Assembly: GCA_011391345.1 (NCBI GenBank)
Contig: JAABQR010000114.1
Coordinates: forward strand, 1-29,714
Source of the DNA: Methanobacteriota archaeon
GTDB taxonomy: Archaea > Thermoplasmatota > Thermoplasmata > UBA10834
Reading direction: 5' to 3'
Length of the DNA stretch: 29,714 nt
Below, in pieces: positions 8,543 to 17,684 of this stretch. The stretch's first letter is position 1. Every line of letters begins with the position of its first letter. The position numbers and the translations under genes were made by a program. The notes below the pieces were generated by a model. That model searched no databases. It was given only the letters and a program-made list of their open reading frames with translations, and was not told the DNA's origin.

Positions 8543-9409
8543 GTGAGCACGCTCAGGATAGCGCTACCGAACAAGGGAAGGTTGAACAGCAGTGCCGCGA
8601 AGCTCATGAACAGGATCGGGTTCCCGGTCCCGGACTCCAACAGCCGGACGCTTCTGGCGGAGTTTGGCAAGGGCAGGTACCAGGTCCTGATGGCCAGGGC
8701 TCAGGACATACCAGAGTTCGTCGAGATGGGTGCCGCCGACCTGGGCGTGACCGGCCTCGACCTTGTCCTTGAGACCAGAAGGAATGTCGAGCGGTTGATG
8801 GACCTGGATTTCGGCAGGTGCCGGCTGGTTGTCGCGGTACCAGAGGAGTCGAGCGTCAGGAGCGCCTCCGAGGTCCCAGATGGCTGCGCGGTCGCGACCT
8901 CATTCCCCAACCTCACGACGGAGTTCTTCGGGAAGCTCGGGAAGAAGGTCACGCCTGCGGAGGTGTCGGGAGCCACCGAGATCGCCCCGAGGATCGGCCT
9001 CGCAGACGTGATCGTGGACCTGACTGAGACGGGCTCGACCCTCAAGCTGAACCACCTCAGAGAGGTCGGGTCAGTGCTCGAGTCGACGGCGGTGCTGATT
9101 GCCAACCCGAGGTCGGTCGTGGAGAAGCGTCTCAGGATCGACGAGGTCACGAGCGCGTTCGAGAGCGTCATGAACGCCTCGAAGAAGAGGTACATCATGG
9201 CGAATGTGCCGAAGGACAAGCTCCAGACACTCAACATCCTCGTCCCTGGCGTGTCAGGCCCGACAGTCATGACCATCATGGGTAGGGAAGACCTCGTGGC
9301 CATCCACGCCGTCACGAACGAGGACGAGGTCAACGGCGTCATCGCGATGCTCAAGAATATCGGGGCCACGGGGATACTCGTCATGCCAATCGACAGGATG
9401 GTCCTGTGA
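8543..9409 (+). CDS. hisG: ATP phosphoribosyltransferase, long form
   Basis: LRIALPNKGRL, RAQDIPEFV, SGATEIAP, DLTETGSTL, plus C-terminal regulatory domain; GTG start after GGAGA. Confidence 0.96.
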   Translation: MSTLRIALPNKGRLNSSAAKLMNRIGFPVPDSNSRTLLAEFGKGRYQVLMARAQDIPEFVEMGAADLGVTGLDLVLETRRNVERLMDLDFGRCRLVVAVPEESSVRSASEVPDGCAVATSFPNLTTEFFGKLGKKVTPAEVSGATEIAPRIGLADVIVDLTETGSTLKLNHLREVGSVLESTAVLIANPRSVVEKRLRIDEVTSAFESVMNASKKRYIMANVPKDKLQTLNILVPGVSGPTVMTIMGREDLVAIHAVTNEDEVNGVIAMLKNIGATGILVMPIDRMVL

Positions 9410-9410
9410 C

Positions 9411-10694
9411 ATGTTGACCTACGATTTGAAGAACCTGTCCAAGGGCGACCGGTCGCGGCTCCTATCCCGAGCGGACGTGGACCTCTCCAGGCCTCTGGCC
9501 GTCGCGCGCACAGTCATCGACAGGGTGAGGGAGGGCGGCGACCAGGCGCTCCTAGCTTGCGCCCAGGAGTACGATTCCTTCGTCGGGAGGGATCTACGCG
9601 TGTCATCGACGGCCATCAAGGCGGCTAGGAAACGCGTGCCGGAGGATCTCATGCGTGCGATGGTCATATGCAAGGAACGTATCGAGCGGTTCCACTCCCT
9701 CCAAAGGTTCGAGCCGTTCGAGTTCCGGGACGATATCGGAGTCTTTGGACAGAAGGTGGTCCCACTGGACAGGATAGGCATCTATGTGCCGGGTGGGACC
9801 GCGAGCTACGCGTCATCGGTGTTCATGGCTTGCGTGCCCGCGCGCGTCGCGGGCGTGAAAGAGATTGTCATGTGCACCCCTGCAAGGGGTGGCAAGATCG
9901 GGGACGCGGTCCTCGCGGCGGCTGACATGTGCGGCGTCGACGAGGTGTATTCCGTCGGCGGAGCCCAGTCCATCGCAGCCATGGCCTACGGCACCGAGCT
10001 GATCCGCCCAGTGAAGAAGATAGTCGGCCCTGGAGGGGCTTTCGTCACAGCCGCGAAGCTGCTTGTCAGGAACGACTGCGAGATAGACTTCCTCGCCGGC
10101 CCGTCGGAGGTACTGCTCGTGGCTGATGACCGGGCTGATCCCCGCGTCCTGGCTGCGGAGATGCTTGCCCAGTTGGAGCACGACCCGCTCGCGCGTGCGG
10201 TATTGATGTCGACGTCGACGCGGGTATTGGCGACTGCCGCGAAAGAGTTGCGCAAACTGACATCCTCTGCCCCCAGGCGGGACATCGTCGAGCAGTCCTC
10301 CAAGGAAGGGGCGGTCTTCATCCGAGCGAGCAGCATCTCCGAGGCTGTGAGGTTCGCAAACGAGTATGCCCCGGAACACCTAGTCCTCGACGTTGCCTCA
10401 CCAAAGGCGGCGTTCAAAGCCATCACGAACGCGGGTTCGGTCTTCCTTGGGCGATATTCGTCCGTCGCGTTCGGAGACTACTGCGCAGGGCCGAACCACA
10501 TCCTTCCGACCAAGGGCGTGGCCTCCATGCGATCGTCGCTGTCCACATACGACTTCCTCAAGACCGTACCTTACCAGGCGTTGACCCGTCCAGGTGCCTC
10601 GAAGCTGGTGAAGACCACCGAGCTCATGTCGTGCGCAGAGGGGCTCCCTGGGCACGCTCTGGCCGCAGCCATGAGAGGGAAGGTGAGGATGTGA
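9411..10694 (+). CDS. hisD: Histidinol dehydrogenase
   Basis: GIYVPGG, GGAQSIAAMAYG, AGPSEV, QLEHD, APEHL, GDYCAGPNHILPT. Confidence 0.96.
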   Translation: MLTYDLKNLSKGDRSRLLSRADVDLSRPLAVARTVIDRVREGGDQALLACAQEYDSFVGRDLRVSSTAIKAARKRVPEDLMRAMVICKERIERFHSLQRFEPFEFRDDIGVFGQKVVPLDRIGIYVPGGTASYASSVFMACVPARVAGVKEIVMCTPARGGKIGDAVLAAADMCGVDEVYSVGGAQSIAAMAYGTELIRPVKKIVGPGGAFVTAAKLLVRNDCEIDFLAGPSEVLLVADDRADPRVLAAEMLAQLEHDPLARAVLMSTSTRVLATAAKELRKLTSSAPRRDIVEQSSKEGAVFIRASSISEAVRFANEYAPEHLVLDVASPKAAFKAITNAGSVFLGRYSSVAFGDYCAGPNHILPTKGVASMRSSLSTYDFLKTVPYQALTRPGASKLVKTTELMSCAEGLPGHALAAAMRGKVRM

Positions 10695-11755
10695 CCTCTG
10701 CCGGAGAGCTCAGGCGGAGGACGCTCGAGACCGTCACGCGGCCGTCCTATTCGATATCGAGCCAGGACATGGTGCTCCTGAATGACAACGCGAACCTGTT
10801 CGGCGTGAACCCTGCGGTTGCAGAGGTCGCCGACAAGTTCGATTTCTCGAGACTGTGGGCGTACCCCAGTGAGAACTCGGACGTCCTCAGGTCCAAGATC
10901 GGGTCGGAGTTCGGCGTTTCTCTGGAGGAGGTCATTGTCGGGAATGGCTCGGACGAGCTTCTTGACATGACGTCCAAGTGTTTCATCGACCCGGGAGACA
11001 AGTTCTGCTCCCCGAGCCCCACATTCGGGATGTACAGGTTCTACGCCAGGGTGAACCTCGCGACGATATGCGAGAAGCCCCTCAGGCCGGACTTCTCGAT
11101 GGACGCGGAAGCGATACTCGCTGAGAAGGCGAAGCTCACGGCGCTTTGCCAACCGAACAACCCGACCGCCAACCTCTTCGACAGGCGCGATGTCGTCCGC
11201 GTGCTCTCAGAATCGCCGGGGGTCGTCGTCCTGGACGAGGCTTATGCGGACTTCTGCGGATCGAACATGCTCGCGGACGCCATGGCCGCCCCGCTCACTA
11301 TCGACATCCGCACGTTCTCGAAAGCTTACGGTCTAGCCGGTCTCAGGGCCGGGTTCGCTATCGCCAGGAAGGAAGTCGTCGATGAGCTCCGCCGGGTGAG
11401 GACTCCATTCGGCCTCAACTCGTTCACAGAGGCCGTCGCGGCGAGAGCGTTGGATCACAGGTCGTGGGTGAGAGAGACCGTCTCGCGGATGAAGGTCGAG
11501 AGGGCGTATCTTGACGGACGGCTCAAGGCGCTGGGGTTCCGCACGCATGTGTCCGAGTGCAACTTCCTGGTGGCCAAGAGTCCCGTGAACGGTCCCGCTC
11601 TGGTGGCCGCCTTGAGGGACAAAGGCGTGGCAGTACGCGACTGCAATTCGTTCCTGATGATGGATGATTACATCAGGGTCACCATCGGTCCGAGGCCGAT
11701 GATGGATAGGCTCTTGGCCGAGGTCGAGGCGATAGTCGAGGATGTGCGACCATGA
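10691..11755 (+). CDS. hisC: Histidinol-phosphate aminotransferase
   Basis: GNGSDE, PTFGMY, PNNPT, DEAY, RTFSKAYGLAGLRAG; GTG start overlaps the hisD stop. Confidence 0.95.
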   Translation: MTSAGELRRRTLETVTRPSYSISSQDMVLLNDNANLFGVNPAVAEVADKFDFSRLWAYPSENSDVLRSKIGSEFGVSLEEVIVGNGSDELLDMTSKCFIDPGDKFCSPSPTFGMYRFYARVNLATICEKPLRPDFSMDAEAILAEKAKLTALCQPNNPTANLFDRRDVVRVLSESPGVVVLDEAYADFCGSNMLADAMAAPLTIDIRTFSKAYGLAGLRAGFAIARKEVVDELRRVRTPFGLNSFTEAVAARALDHRSWVRETVSRMKVERAYLDGRLKALGFRTHVSECNFLVAKSPVNGPALVAALRDKGVAVRDCNSFLMMDDYIRVTIGPRPMMDRLLAEVEAIVEDVRP

Positions 11756-12351
11756 AGGTCAGCATCGTTGACTACGGCGTCGGGAACCTCCACAGCATAT
11801 CGAAAGGCCTTGAACGGGCAGGCGCGTCCATCGAAGTCGTCGGGGACATGTCGTCTCTCGAGTCGGCCGAATGCATCGTCTTCCCCGGTGTCGGGGCGTT
11901 CGGGGCAGCCGCCGACAAACTGAAGCCCGCCATCCATGGGCTGCGGAAGATGGCCGCCTCAGGCACCCCGATCTTGGGCATATGCCTCGGCATGCAGGTC
12001 CTCTTCGACAGGAGCGAGGAGTCCGCCGGCGACGGTGTGGGCCTGCTCAGAGGCGATGTCAGGAAGCTCCAGGCTCCAAGGGTGCCACATATGGGATGGA
12101 ACGAGGTCTTGTTCCAGGACGATCCCTTGTTCGACGGTGTGCCGGAGGGGTCCAGGTTCTACTTCGCCAACTCGTACGTGTGTCACCCCATGGAAAAAGT
12201 CGGAATAGCAGAGACGCTTTACGGTGAGACGTTCGTGTCCGCCGTGAGAAAGGGACGCGTATGCGGCCTCCAGTTCCACCCCGAGAAGAGCGGCGCGGTC
12301 GGGCTGAGGTTGCTCACAAACTTCGTGAACATGGCAGAGGGTTCAGCATGA
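11752..12351 (+). CDS. hisH: Imidazole glycerol phosphate synthase glutaminase subunit
   Basis: DYGVGNL, PGVGAF, GICLGMQ, PHMGWN, QFHPEKSG. Confidence 0.97.
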   Translation: MKVSIVDYGVGNLHSISKGLERAGASIEVVGDMSSLESAECIVFPGVGAFGAAADKLKPAIHGLRKMAASGTPILGICLGMQVLFDRSEESAGDGVGLLRGDVRKLQAPRVPHMGWNEVLFQDDPLFDGVPEGSRFYFANSYVCHPMEKVGIAETLYGETFVSAVRKGRVCGLQFHPEKSGAVGLRLLTNFVNMAEGSA

Positions 12352-13058
12352 AAGTGATTCCCGCATTGGATATCAAGGGAGGCAGATGCGTTCAGCTCGT
12401 GGGCGGCAAGCCTGGCACTGAGAAGATAGAGATTGAGGACGTCCTCGGCGTGGCCAGGAGGTGGCAGGAGGAGGGCGCGGAGCTGCTCCACGTGATAGAC
12501 CTGGATTCCGCACTCGGCACGGGCGACAACGAGTCGCTCATAGAGATGATCATCGGAGACCTAGCGATCCCTGTTCAGGTGGGCGGTGGCATCAGGACCG
12601 TGGAGAAGGTTCAGAGGCTGTTCGAAATTGGCTGCGAACGCGTCATTGTGGGGACTCGCGCGATCCAGGACCGGGACTTCGTCAGAGAGCTCACGTCGAA
12701 GTACCCAGGGGATATCGTCGTGGCCATCGACTCCGCCTCCGACCAGGTCCTGATAAAAGGCTGGCAGGAGAGCTCGGGGAAGGGGACCGTGTCCGTGGTC
12801 AAGGACCTCGACCAGTTCGATATCTGGGGCTTCCTCTTCACCAACGTGGAAGTCGAGGGCAGGCTGCAGGGCATCAACCCGAGCCTGGTGAAAGGACTCA
12901 TACGCCTCACACACAAGCCCGTCATAGTCTCAGGGGGGATCACCACGGTTGCCGATCTCGAGCTCGTCAGGGGCATGGGTGCGGACTCCGTCGTGCTGGG
13001 GATGTCAATATACACTGGCAGGATTGATCTCAGGAAGGCCATCAAAGGGTTCAGGTGA
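12348..13058 (+). CDS. hisA: ProFAR isomerase
   Basis: IPALDIKGGRCVQL, LHVIDLD, QVGGGIRT, VSGGI; ATG 12348 overlaps the hisH stop. Confidence 0.95.
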   Translation: MKVIPALDIKGGRCVQLVGGKPGTEKIEIEDVLGVARRWQEEGAELLHVIDLDSALGTGDNESLIEMIIGDLAIPVQVGGGIRTVEKVQRLFEIGCERVIVGTRAIQDRDFVRELTSKYPGDIVVAIDSASDQVLIKGWQESSGKGTVSVVKDLDQFDIWGFLFTNVEVEGRLQGINPSLVKGLIRLTHKPVIVSGGITTVADLELVRGMGADSVVLGMSIYTGRIDLRKAIKGFR

Positions 13059-13621
13059 TTGCATTGGCTGCAAGGGAGACGGAAGTAGTCAGGGAGACAA
13101 GGGAGACGAGGGTCGAAGTGAGGCTCAGACTCGACGGCTCGGGCGACACCAAGGCCGCGATACCGGACGAGTTCCTCAGGCACATGGTCGAGACGCTCTC
13201 CAGGTACTCGGGCGCGGATTTGGACATCTCCGCTCGAGGGGACCTCAATCACCACTTGATCGAGGACGTCGCCATAACCCTCGGCCGGGCATACAGGCAG
13301 GCCATGGGTGAAGGGGCCGTCAAGAGGATTGCCAGCGCAACGGTCCCGATGGACGAGGCCCTCGTCCAGGTCACGGTGGATCTCATCGACAGGCCATATG
13401 CGCACCTTGAGGTCCCGGACATCATGTACGAGCACTTCCTCAGGTCATTCACGATGGAGCTCAGGGCGACCGTGCACACTGTGGTCCTGAGGGGCAAGGA
13501 CGGCCACCACATAGTGGAGGCCACATTCAAAGCGCTCGGGCTTGCACTCAGGGAGGCAATGGAGCAGAACCCTTCCGTCGTCTCAACGAAGTCTAGCGTG
13601 GTCTGGGGGAAAGGGAGTTGA
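13055..13621 (+). CDS. hisB: Imidazoleglycerol-phosphate dehydratase, monofunctional
   Basis: [27 protein letters not shown]; no N-terminal phosphatase domain. Confidence 0.95.
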   Translation: MIALAARETEVVRETRETRVEVRLRLDGSGDTKAAIPDEFLRHMVETLSRYSGADLDISARGDLNHHLIEDVAITLGRAYRQAMGEGAVKRIASATVPMDEALVQVTVDLIDRPYAHLEVPDIMYEHFLRSFTMELRATVHTVVLRGKDGHHIVEATFKALGLALREAMEQNPSVVSTKSSVVWGKGS

Positions 13622-14382
13622 CGCTCACGAAAAGGATCATCCCGTGCCTTGATGTCAAGGAGGGTGCCGTCGTGAAGGGCGTGTGCTTCAAGGACCTCAG
13701 ACAGGTGGGCGACCCCCCCACGTTGGCCGTGGAGTATCAGGCCCAGGGGGCCGACGAGATAGTGTTCCTGGACGTGAACGCATCAGTAGCGGGCGTCAGG
13801 ACGATGCACGAAGCGGTTCGGAAGACCGCTGAGCAGCTCTTCGTACCCCTCACGGTCGGGGGCGGCATACGCACGTTCGAGGATGTCAGGAAGACACTGA
13901 ATGTCGGCGCGGACAAGACGTCGATCAACACCGCGGCCGTGCTGGACCCCTCGTTGATCTCCAAGTGTGCGGACGCGTTCGGAAGCCAGTGCGTCGTGCT
14001 CGCCATCGATGCGAAGAGGTCGGGCGACTCATGGGAGGTCTACACGCACTCCGGTACGAAACCAACGGGTCTGGATGCCGTCGAATGGGCGAAGGCCGCA
14101 GTCGAGCGTGGCGCTGGGGAGATACTGCTTACGAGCATGGACTCGGACGGCATGAAGAAAGGATATGACCTAGATCTTACGAAGGCCGTCGTCAGGGCCG
14201 TGCGCGTCCCCGTGATAGCCTCTGGCGGCTGCGGAACGCTCGACCACATCGTGGATGTCCTGACAGTGGGTGAGGCGGACGCCGCCCTGGCGGCATCGAT
14301 ATTCCACTTCGGCCAGCACACGGTCGCGGATGTGAAGAGGGCGCTCGAGGCCAAGGGCGTGCCGGTGAGGTGGGGCTCTTGA
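13618..14382 (+). CDS. hisF: Imidazole glycerol phosphate synthase cyclase subunit
   Basis: [42 protein letters not shown]. Confidence 0.97.
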   Translation: MTLTKRIIPCLDVKEGAVVKGVCFKDLRQVGDPPTLAVEYQAQGADEIVFLDVNASVAGVRTMHEAVRKTAEQLFVPLTVGGGIRTFEDVRKTLNVGADKTSINTAAVLDPSLISKCADAFGSQCVVLAIDAKRSGDSWEVYTHSGTKPTGLDAVEWAKAAVERGAGEILLTSMDSDGMKKGYDLDLTKAVVRAVRVPVIASGGCGTLDHIVDVLTVGEADAALAASIFHFGQHTVADVKRALEAKGVPVRWGS

Positions 14383-14963
14383 CCGCATCGGGGAGCCAAG
14401 ACCTCATGCCCGTCGTAGTCCAGGATGTGAGGAACAACAATGTGCTCATGCTGGCGTACATGAACGACGAGGCGCTGGCGCTCACAAGAACGACCGGGTA
14501 CATGCACTACTGGAGCCGGTCCAGGAACGCGATTTGGAAGAAGGGGGAGACCTCGGGCAACTTCCAGAAGGCGGTCGAGCTGCTCACTGACTGCGACGGT
14601 GACGCCATGCTCGCACGGGTCGAGCAGACGGGTGTCGCGTGTCACACGGGCACGTATTCGTGCTTCGCGAAGGACCCGATCCACCAGAGGGACGTGTTCG
14701 CGGAGCTGTGGGATGTCTTCGAGCAGCGCAAAGCTGCCCAGTGCGAGTCGAGCTATACATGCAAGCTCATGAATAACAGGAACTTGCTGCTGAAGAAGAT
14801 CGCAGAGGAGAGTTCAGAGGTCATCATCGCGGCCAAGGACAAGGTGCGGGGGGAGATCGTGTACGAGGCGTCGGATTTGCTGTACCATCTGATGGTCCTA
14901 CTGTACGATGAGGGCATCACGATGGATGATATCAAGAAGGAACTGGAGGGTAGAAGGAAATGA
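14379..14963 (+). CDS. hisIE: Bifunctional PR-AMP cyclohydrolase / PR-ATP pyrophosphatase
   Basis: HisI motifs ([27 protein letters not shown]) fused to HisE motifs ([23 protein letters not shown]); probable TTG start overlapping the hisF stop. Confidence 0.95.
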   Translation: MTASGSQDLMPVVVQDVRNNNVLMLAYMNDEALALTRTTGYMHYWSRSRNAIWKKGETSGNFQKAVELLTDCDGDAMLARVEQTGVACHTGTYSCFAKDPIHQRDVFAELWDVFEQRKAAQCESSYTCKLMNNRNLLLKKIAEESSEVIIAAKDKVRGEIVYEASDLLYHLMVLLYDEGITMDDIKKELEGRRK

Positions 14964-15628
14964 CTGCGAAGAGATGCGACTTCCACACGCACACGGTGCT
15001 GAGCGATGGTGAGCTCCTCCCCATGGAGTTGATTAGGAGGGCTGCCGCCTCGGACCACGCGGCGATAGCGTTGACTGACCACGCATCGTTCTCGAACATC
15101 GAATGGGTCGTCCAGTCGCTGACAAGGGACTGCGAGAAGGCGGACAGCTGGGGCATCCAGGCGATCCCGGGGGTCGAGTTGACCCATGTGCCCGTCAGGT
15201 ACATCGACGAGGCAGTCTCGCTCGCCAGGAAGAAGGGCGCTGAGATAGTGATCGTCCATGGGGAGACACCCGTGGAGCCCGTCGAGCCTGGGACGGACCA
15301 CGCGGCGGCCATGAACCCCGAAGTCGACATACTGGCCCATCCGGGGATGATATCCGATGAGGACGTCCAGCTCGCGGCCGATAACGGGGTCTACCTCGAG
15401 GTCTCATGCAGGAAGGGGCACTCGCTCACGAATGGACACGTCGCCCACCTCGCGAGGCTCAAGGGCGCGAAGTTGCTCGTCAACACGGACACTCACTCAC
15501 CATCGGACTTGAGCACCATGGAATTCGCGAGCAAGGTGGCGAGGGGTGCGGGGATGACCCAGGACGAGGTCATGACCGCCTTGGTGGCCAATGCGGAGGA
15601 GCTGCTGAAGAGGGTCCATCGGCTCTGA
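14960..15628 (+). CDS. PHP-domain phosphoesterase, probable histidinol-phosphate phosphatase
   Basis: DFHTHT, LTDH, GVELTH, VHGE, LAHPG, NTDTH metal-ligand motifs; last gene of the his operon with ATGA overlap. Confidence 0.85.
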   Translation: MTAKRCDFHTHTVLSDGELLPMELIRRAAASDHAAIALTDHASFSNIEWVVQSLTRDCEKADSWGIQAIPGVELTHVPVRYIDEAVSLARKKGAEIVIVHGETPVEPVEPGTDHAAAMNPEVDILAHPGMISDEDVQLAADNGVYLEVSCRKGHSLTNGHVAHLARLKGAKLLVNTDTHSPSDLSTMEFASKVARGAGMTQDEVMTALVANAEELLKRVHRL

Positions 15629-15705
15629 GCGACGTTCGCTTATTAACAGACCCGGCTAGCATTATTAATATCGACACGCCTCCGTGTCCTCAAGGAGCGG
15701 GTGCG

Positions 15706-16119
15706 ATGACGATAGTCAGCATATCGGTGCCACAAGATCTCCTCAAGCGGTTCGACGAGGTCTCATTGTCTAAGGGGTTCATGACGAGGTCCGACTCGGT
15801 CAGGGAGGCGATGCGGACAGTCATAGATGAGGACGAGTGGGAGGACTCGGAGGGGGAGAACCAGGTAGTCATCACGATGGTCTATGACGAACTGGGTCCG
15901 CGGGGCGAGCTCTCCGTGTTGCAGCACAGGTACGAGGAGATCCAGATGATGCTGCACCTGCACCTCGAGAAGGGCCAATGCATGGAGGTCTTCATCGCGC
16001 GGGGATCGAACACGGTCCTTCGGGAAATCCTCGGGAAGATCAGGAAGGTCAAAGGCGTGCGGTCTATCCGGTTCATATCCACATCAACGCCACCGCTCGG
16101 ACTGTCAAGCCACCGCTGA
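15706..16119 (+). CDS. nikR: NikR-family nickel-responsive regulator (RHH + ACT-like domain)
   Basis: Start ATG 15706; TIVSISVPQDLLKRFD...RSDSVREA ribbon-helix-helix; LQH...LHLHL...CME matches the NikR H/H/H/C nickel site. Confidence 0.88.
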   Translation: MTIVSISVPQDLLKRFDEVSLSKGFMTRSDSVREAMRTVIDEDEWEDSEGENQVVITMVYDELGPRGELSVLQHRYEEIQMMLHLHLEKGQCMEVFIARGSNTVLREILGKIRKVKGVRSIRFISTSTPPLGLSSHR

Positions 16120-16182
16120 TTGACGCAGCGAAGACTAGCCTCGTGACCGGTGACCCGACGGAACTGTCCGACCTTCAGACCA

Positions 16183-17400
16183 TCACTTGCTGATTCGCAT
16201 CCAGCCGCAGGTCAATAGGTTGTAGAGGACCAGGAACTCCCCCCATCCGGTGTCGTCGGCGAACGAGACTGTGCAGTACTCTTCGTAATGAATCCTCCAG
16301 GCGTCGTTGTGCGACCCCCAGTATATGGAGACTCCCCCACAAGCCGCGGTCGTGTCCGTGTTGTACACGTACTTGACCGCGCCCTCGATCAAATCCATCA
16401 TGGCCTGCGTGGTCTCCATGAGCTCAATGTCTTCTGCCAGCTCTGGGTCGTCCATGAGATGCCTCCCGAGGTCCACCATGTCGACCTGGTAGTGAGAGCC
16501 GCACGAGACATAGTAGCTGTCCCTCAGAGCAATCCTGTAGTTGTAAGTGTAATCCAGGAGACCGTCGGTCATCTGCGCGACCCAGTCAGTCAACACGCCC
16601 AGACCATCCGCAATCTCCATCACGTCCACGACGCCCAGTGTGCAGTACCATGCCCACGAGAGAGGCTCGTATGCCTGTATCCATCCGTCGACCATGTCGG
16701 CAGCCACCTGGTCAGGCGTCCTCGACGGGTCGAGCGCGACCGGGGTGAACATCAGGTCGTACGGGAATCCGTCCCCGGCCACCAGCTCCTCAGATGCCAC
16801 GAGCAGCTCGACAAGCCCGGTCTGCGCGGCCTGATAGGCCATCTCTATGCTCGAGCAAGAGCACGCGTCGAATGCGAGGATATCGATATACACTCCTGCG
16901 CCGACTATGGCATCCTCCATCTCCTGGAGCGTTATGCAGTCGCCGTCAGAGGAGTCGTCCCAGCAGAACCCCCTCCACGCGCTGCCGTGGTCCCATGGGA
17001 TGACCACCAGATGGTCGGCGGGATAGTATGTGTTGACCTCGGTCAGGAACCACTGGAATGTGTCGCCATCCCCGAAGTTCATCTCAGGATAGGTCTCGAC
17101 GGTCTCGTAACAACCACCGGATATCTCGACCCGCTCGACTCCGTCCTCGCTGAGCCAGTCGACTACGGCCACGATGTTGAGCCCGTCACTTGCGGGGATG
17201 TTCAGAAGGTACGGAAGGCTAGGATCCTCCCAGTACATCTCAAGGTTGCAGTCCGCATCTACATAGAGCGCGATTGTCCAAGTCCCGTTCGATTCAGTTG
17301 TGATTCCATCGCCGAGGTTCTTGCCCAATGAGACACCGGGCACTAGCAGAACGAAGGCGAGAATTGTACATGCCGCAAGGCTACCACGTCTAACCTCCAA
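16183..17400 (-). CDS. Secreted clostripain-family (C11) cysteine peptidase
   Basis: Hydrophobic signal peptide, WTIALYVDADCNL, PWDHGSAW (catalytic His), AFDAC (catalytic Cys), ASEE, GVSIYW; TTG start. Confidence 0.9.
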   Translation of the reverse strand: MEVRRGSLAACTILAFVLLVPGVSLGKNLGDGITTESNGTWTIALYVDADCNLEMYWEDPSLPYLLNIPASDGLNIVAVVDWLSEDGVERVEISGGCYETVETYPEMNFGDGDTFQWFLTEVNTYYPADHLVVIPWDHGSAWRGFCWDDSSDGDCITLQEMEDAIVGAGVYIDILAFDACSCSSIEMAYQAAQTGLVELLVASEELVAGDGFPYDLMFTPVALDPSRTPDQVAADMVDGWIQAYEPLSWAWYCTLGVVDVMEIADGLGVLTDWVAQMTDGLLDYTYNYRIALRDSYYVSCGSHYQVDMVDLGRHLMDDPELAEDIELMETTQAMMDLIEGAVKYVYNTDTTAACGGVSIYWGSHNDAWRIHYEEYCTVSFADDTGWGEFLVLYNLLTCGWMRISK

Positions 17401-17684
17401 TATGATTCCCCCCTACTAGATCGGGGTATACCCTGAGGTACCCCACGGTTTCGAAACGTCGCTTACGCTATTAAACGATGACCGTCCCGTGAACTGTTTT
17501 CAACGGTAGCAGAGAATGACGCGGAAAGAGTCTGTCAAGACGGTCCACGGGCTTACAAGGGGGTGCGTCCTCGGTTTTCTCGCTGCCTTCTGATGGATTC
17601 AATCTTGTCCCAATCAATTCTTTATTGCGTCAGTCGATACGAGCTCGACTCTTCCTGATGTGCATTGGGGAGGTAAGAGGGGAT

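Noticed and set aside
9411-10694. HisD has GPGG where GPGN is usual
   Set aside because: All other catalytic and zinc-binding motifs are intact; a single substitution cannot support a functional claim.
15406-15705. 100-aa N-terminal extension of NikR in the track
   Set aside because: It overlaps the PHP gene and the AT-rich promoter; the RHH domain starts at ATG 15706 after GGAG.
16288-17331. 347-aa + strand ORF
   Set aside because: Antisense to clostripain, low-information Val/His/Arg-rich translation.
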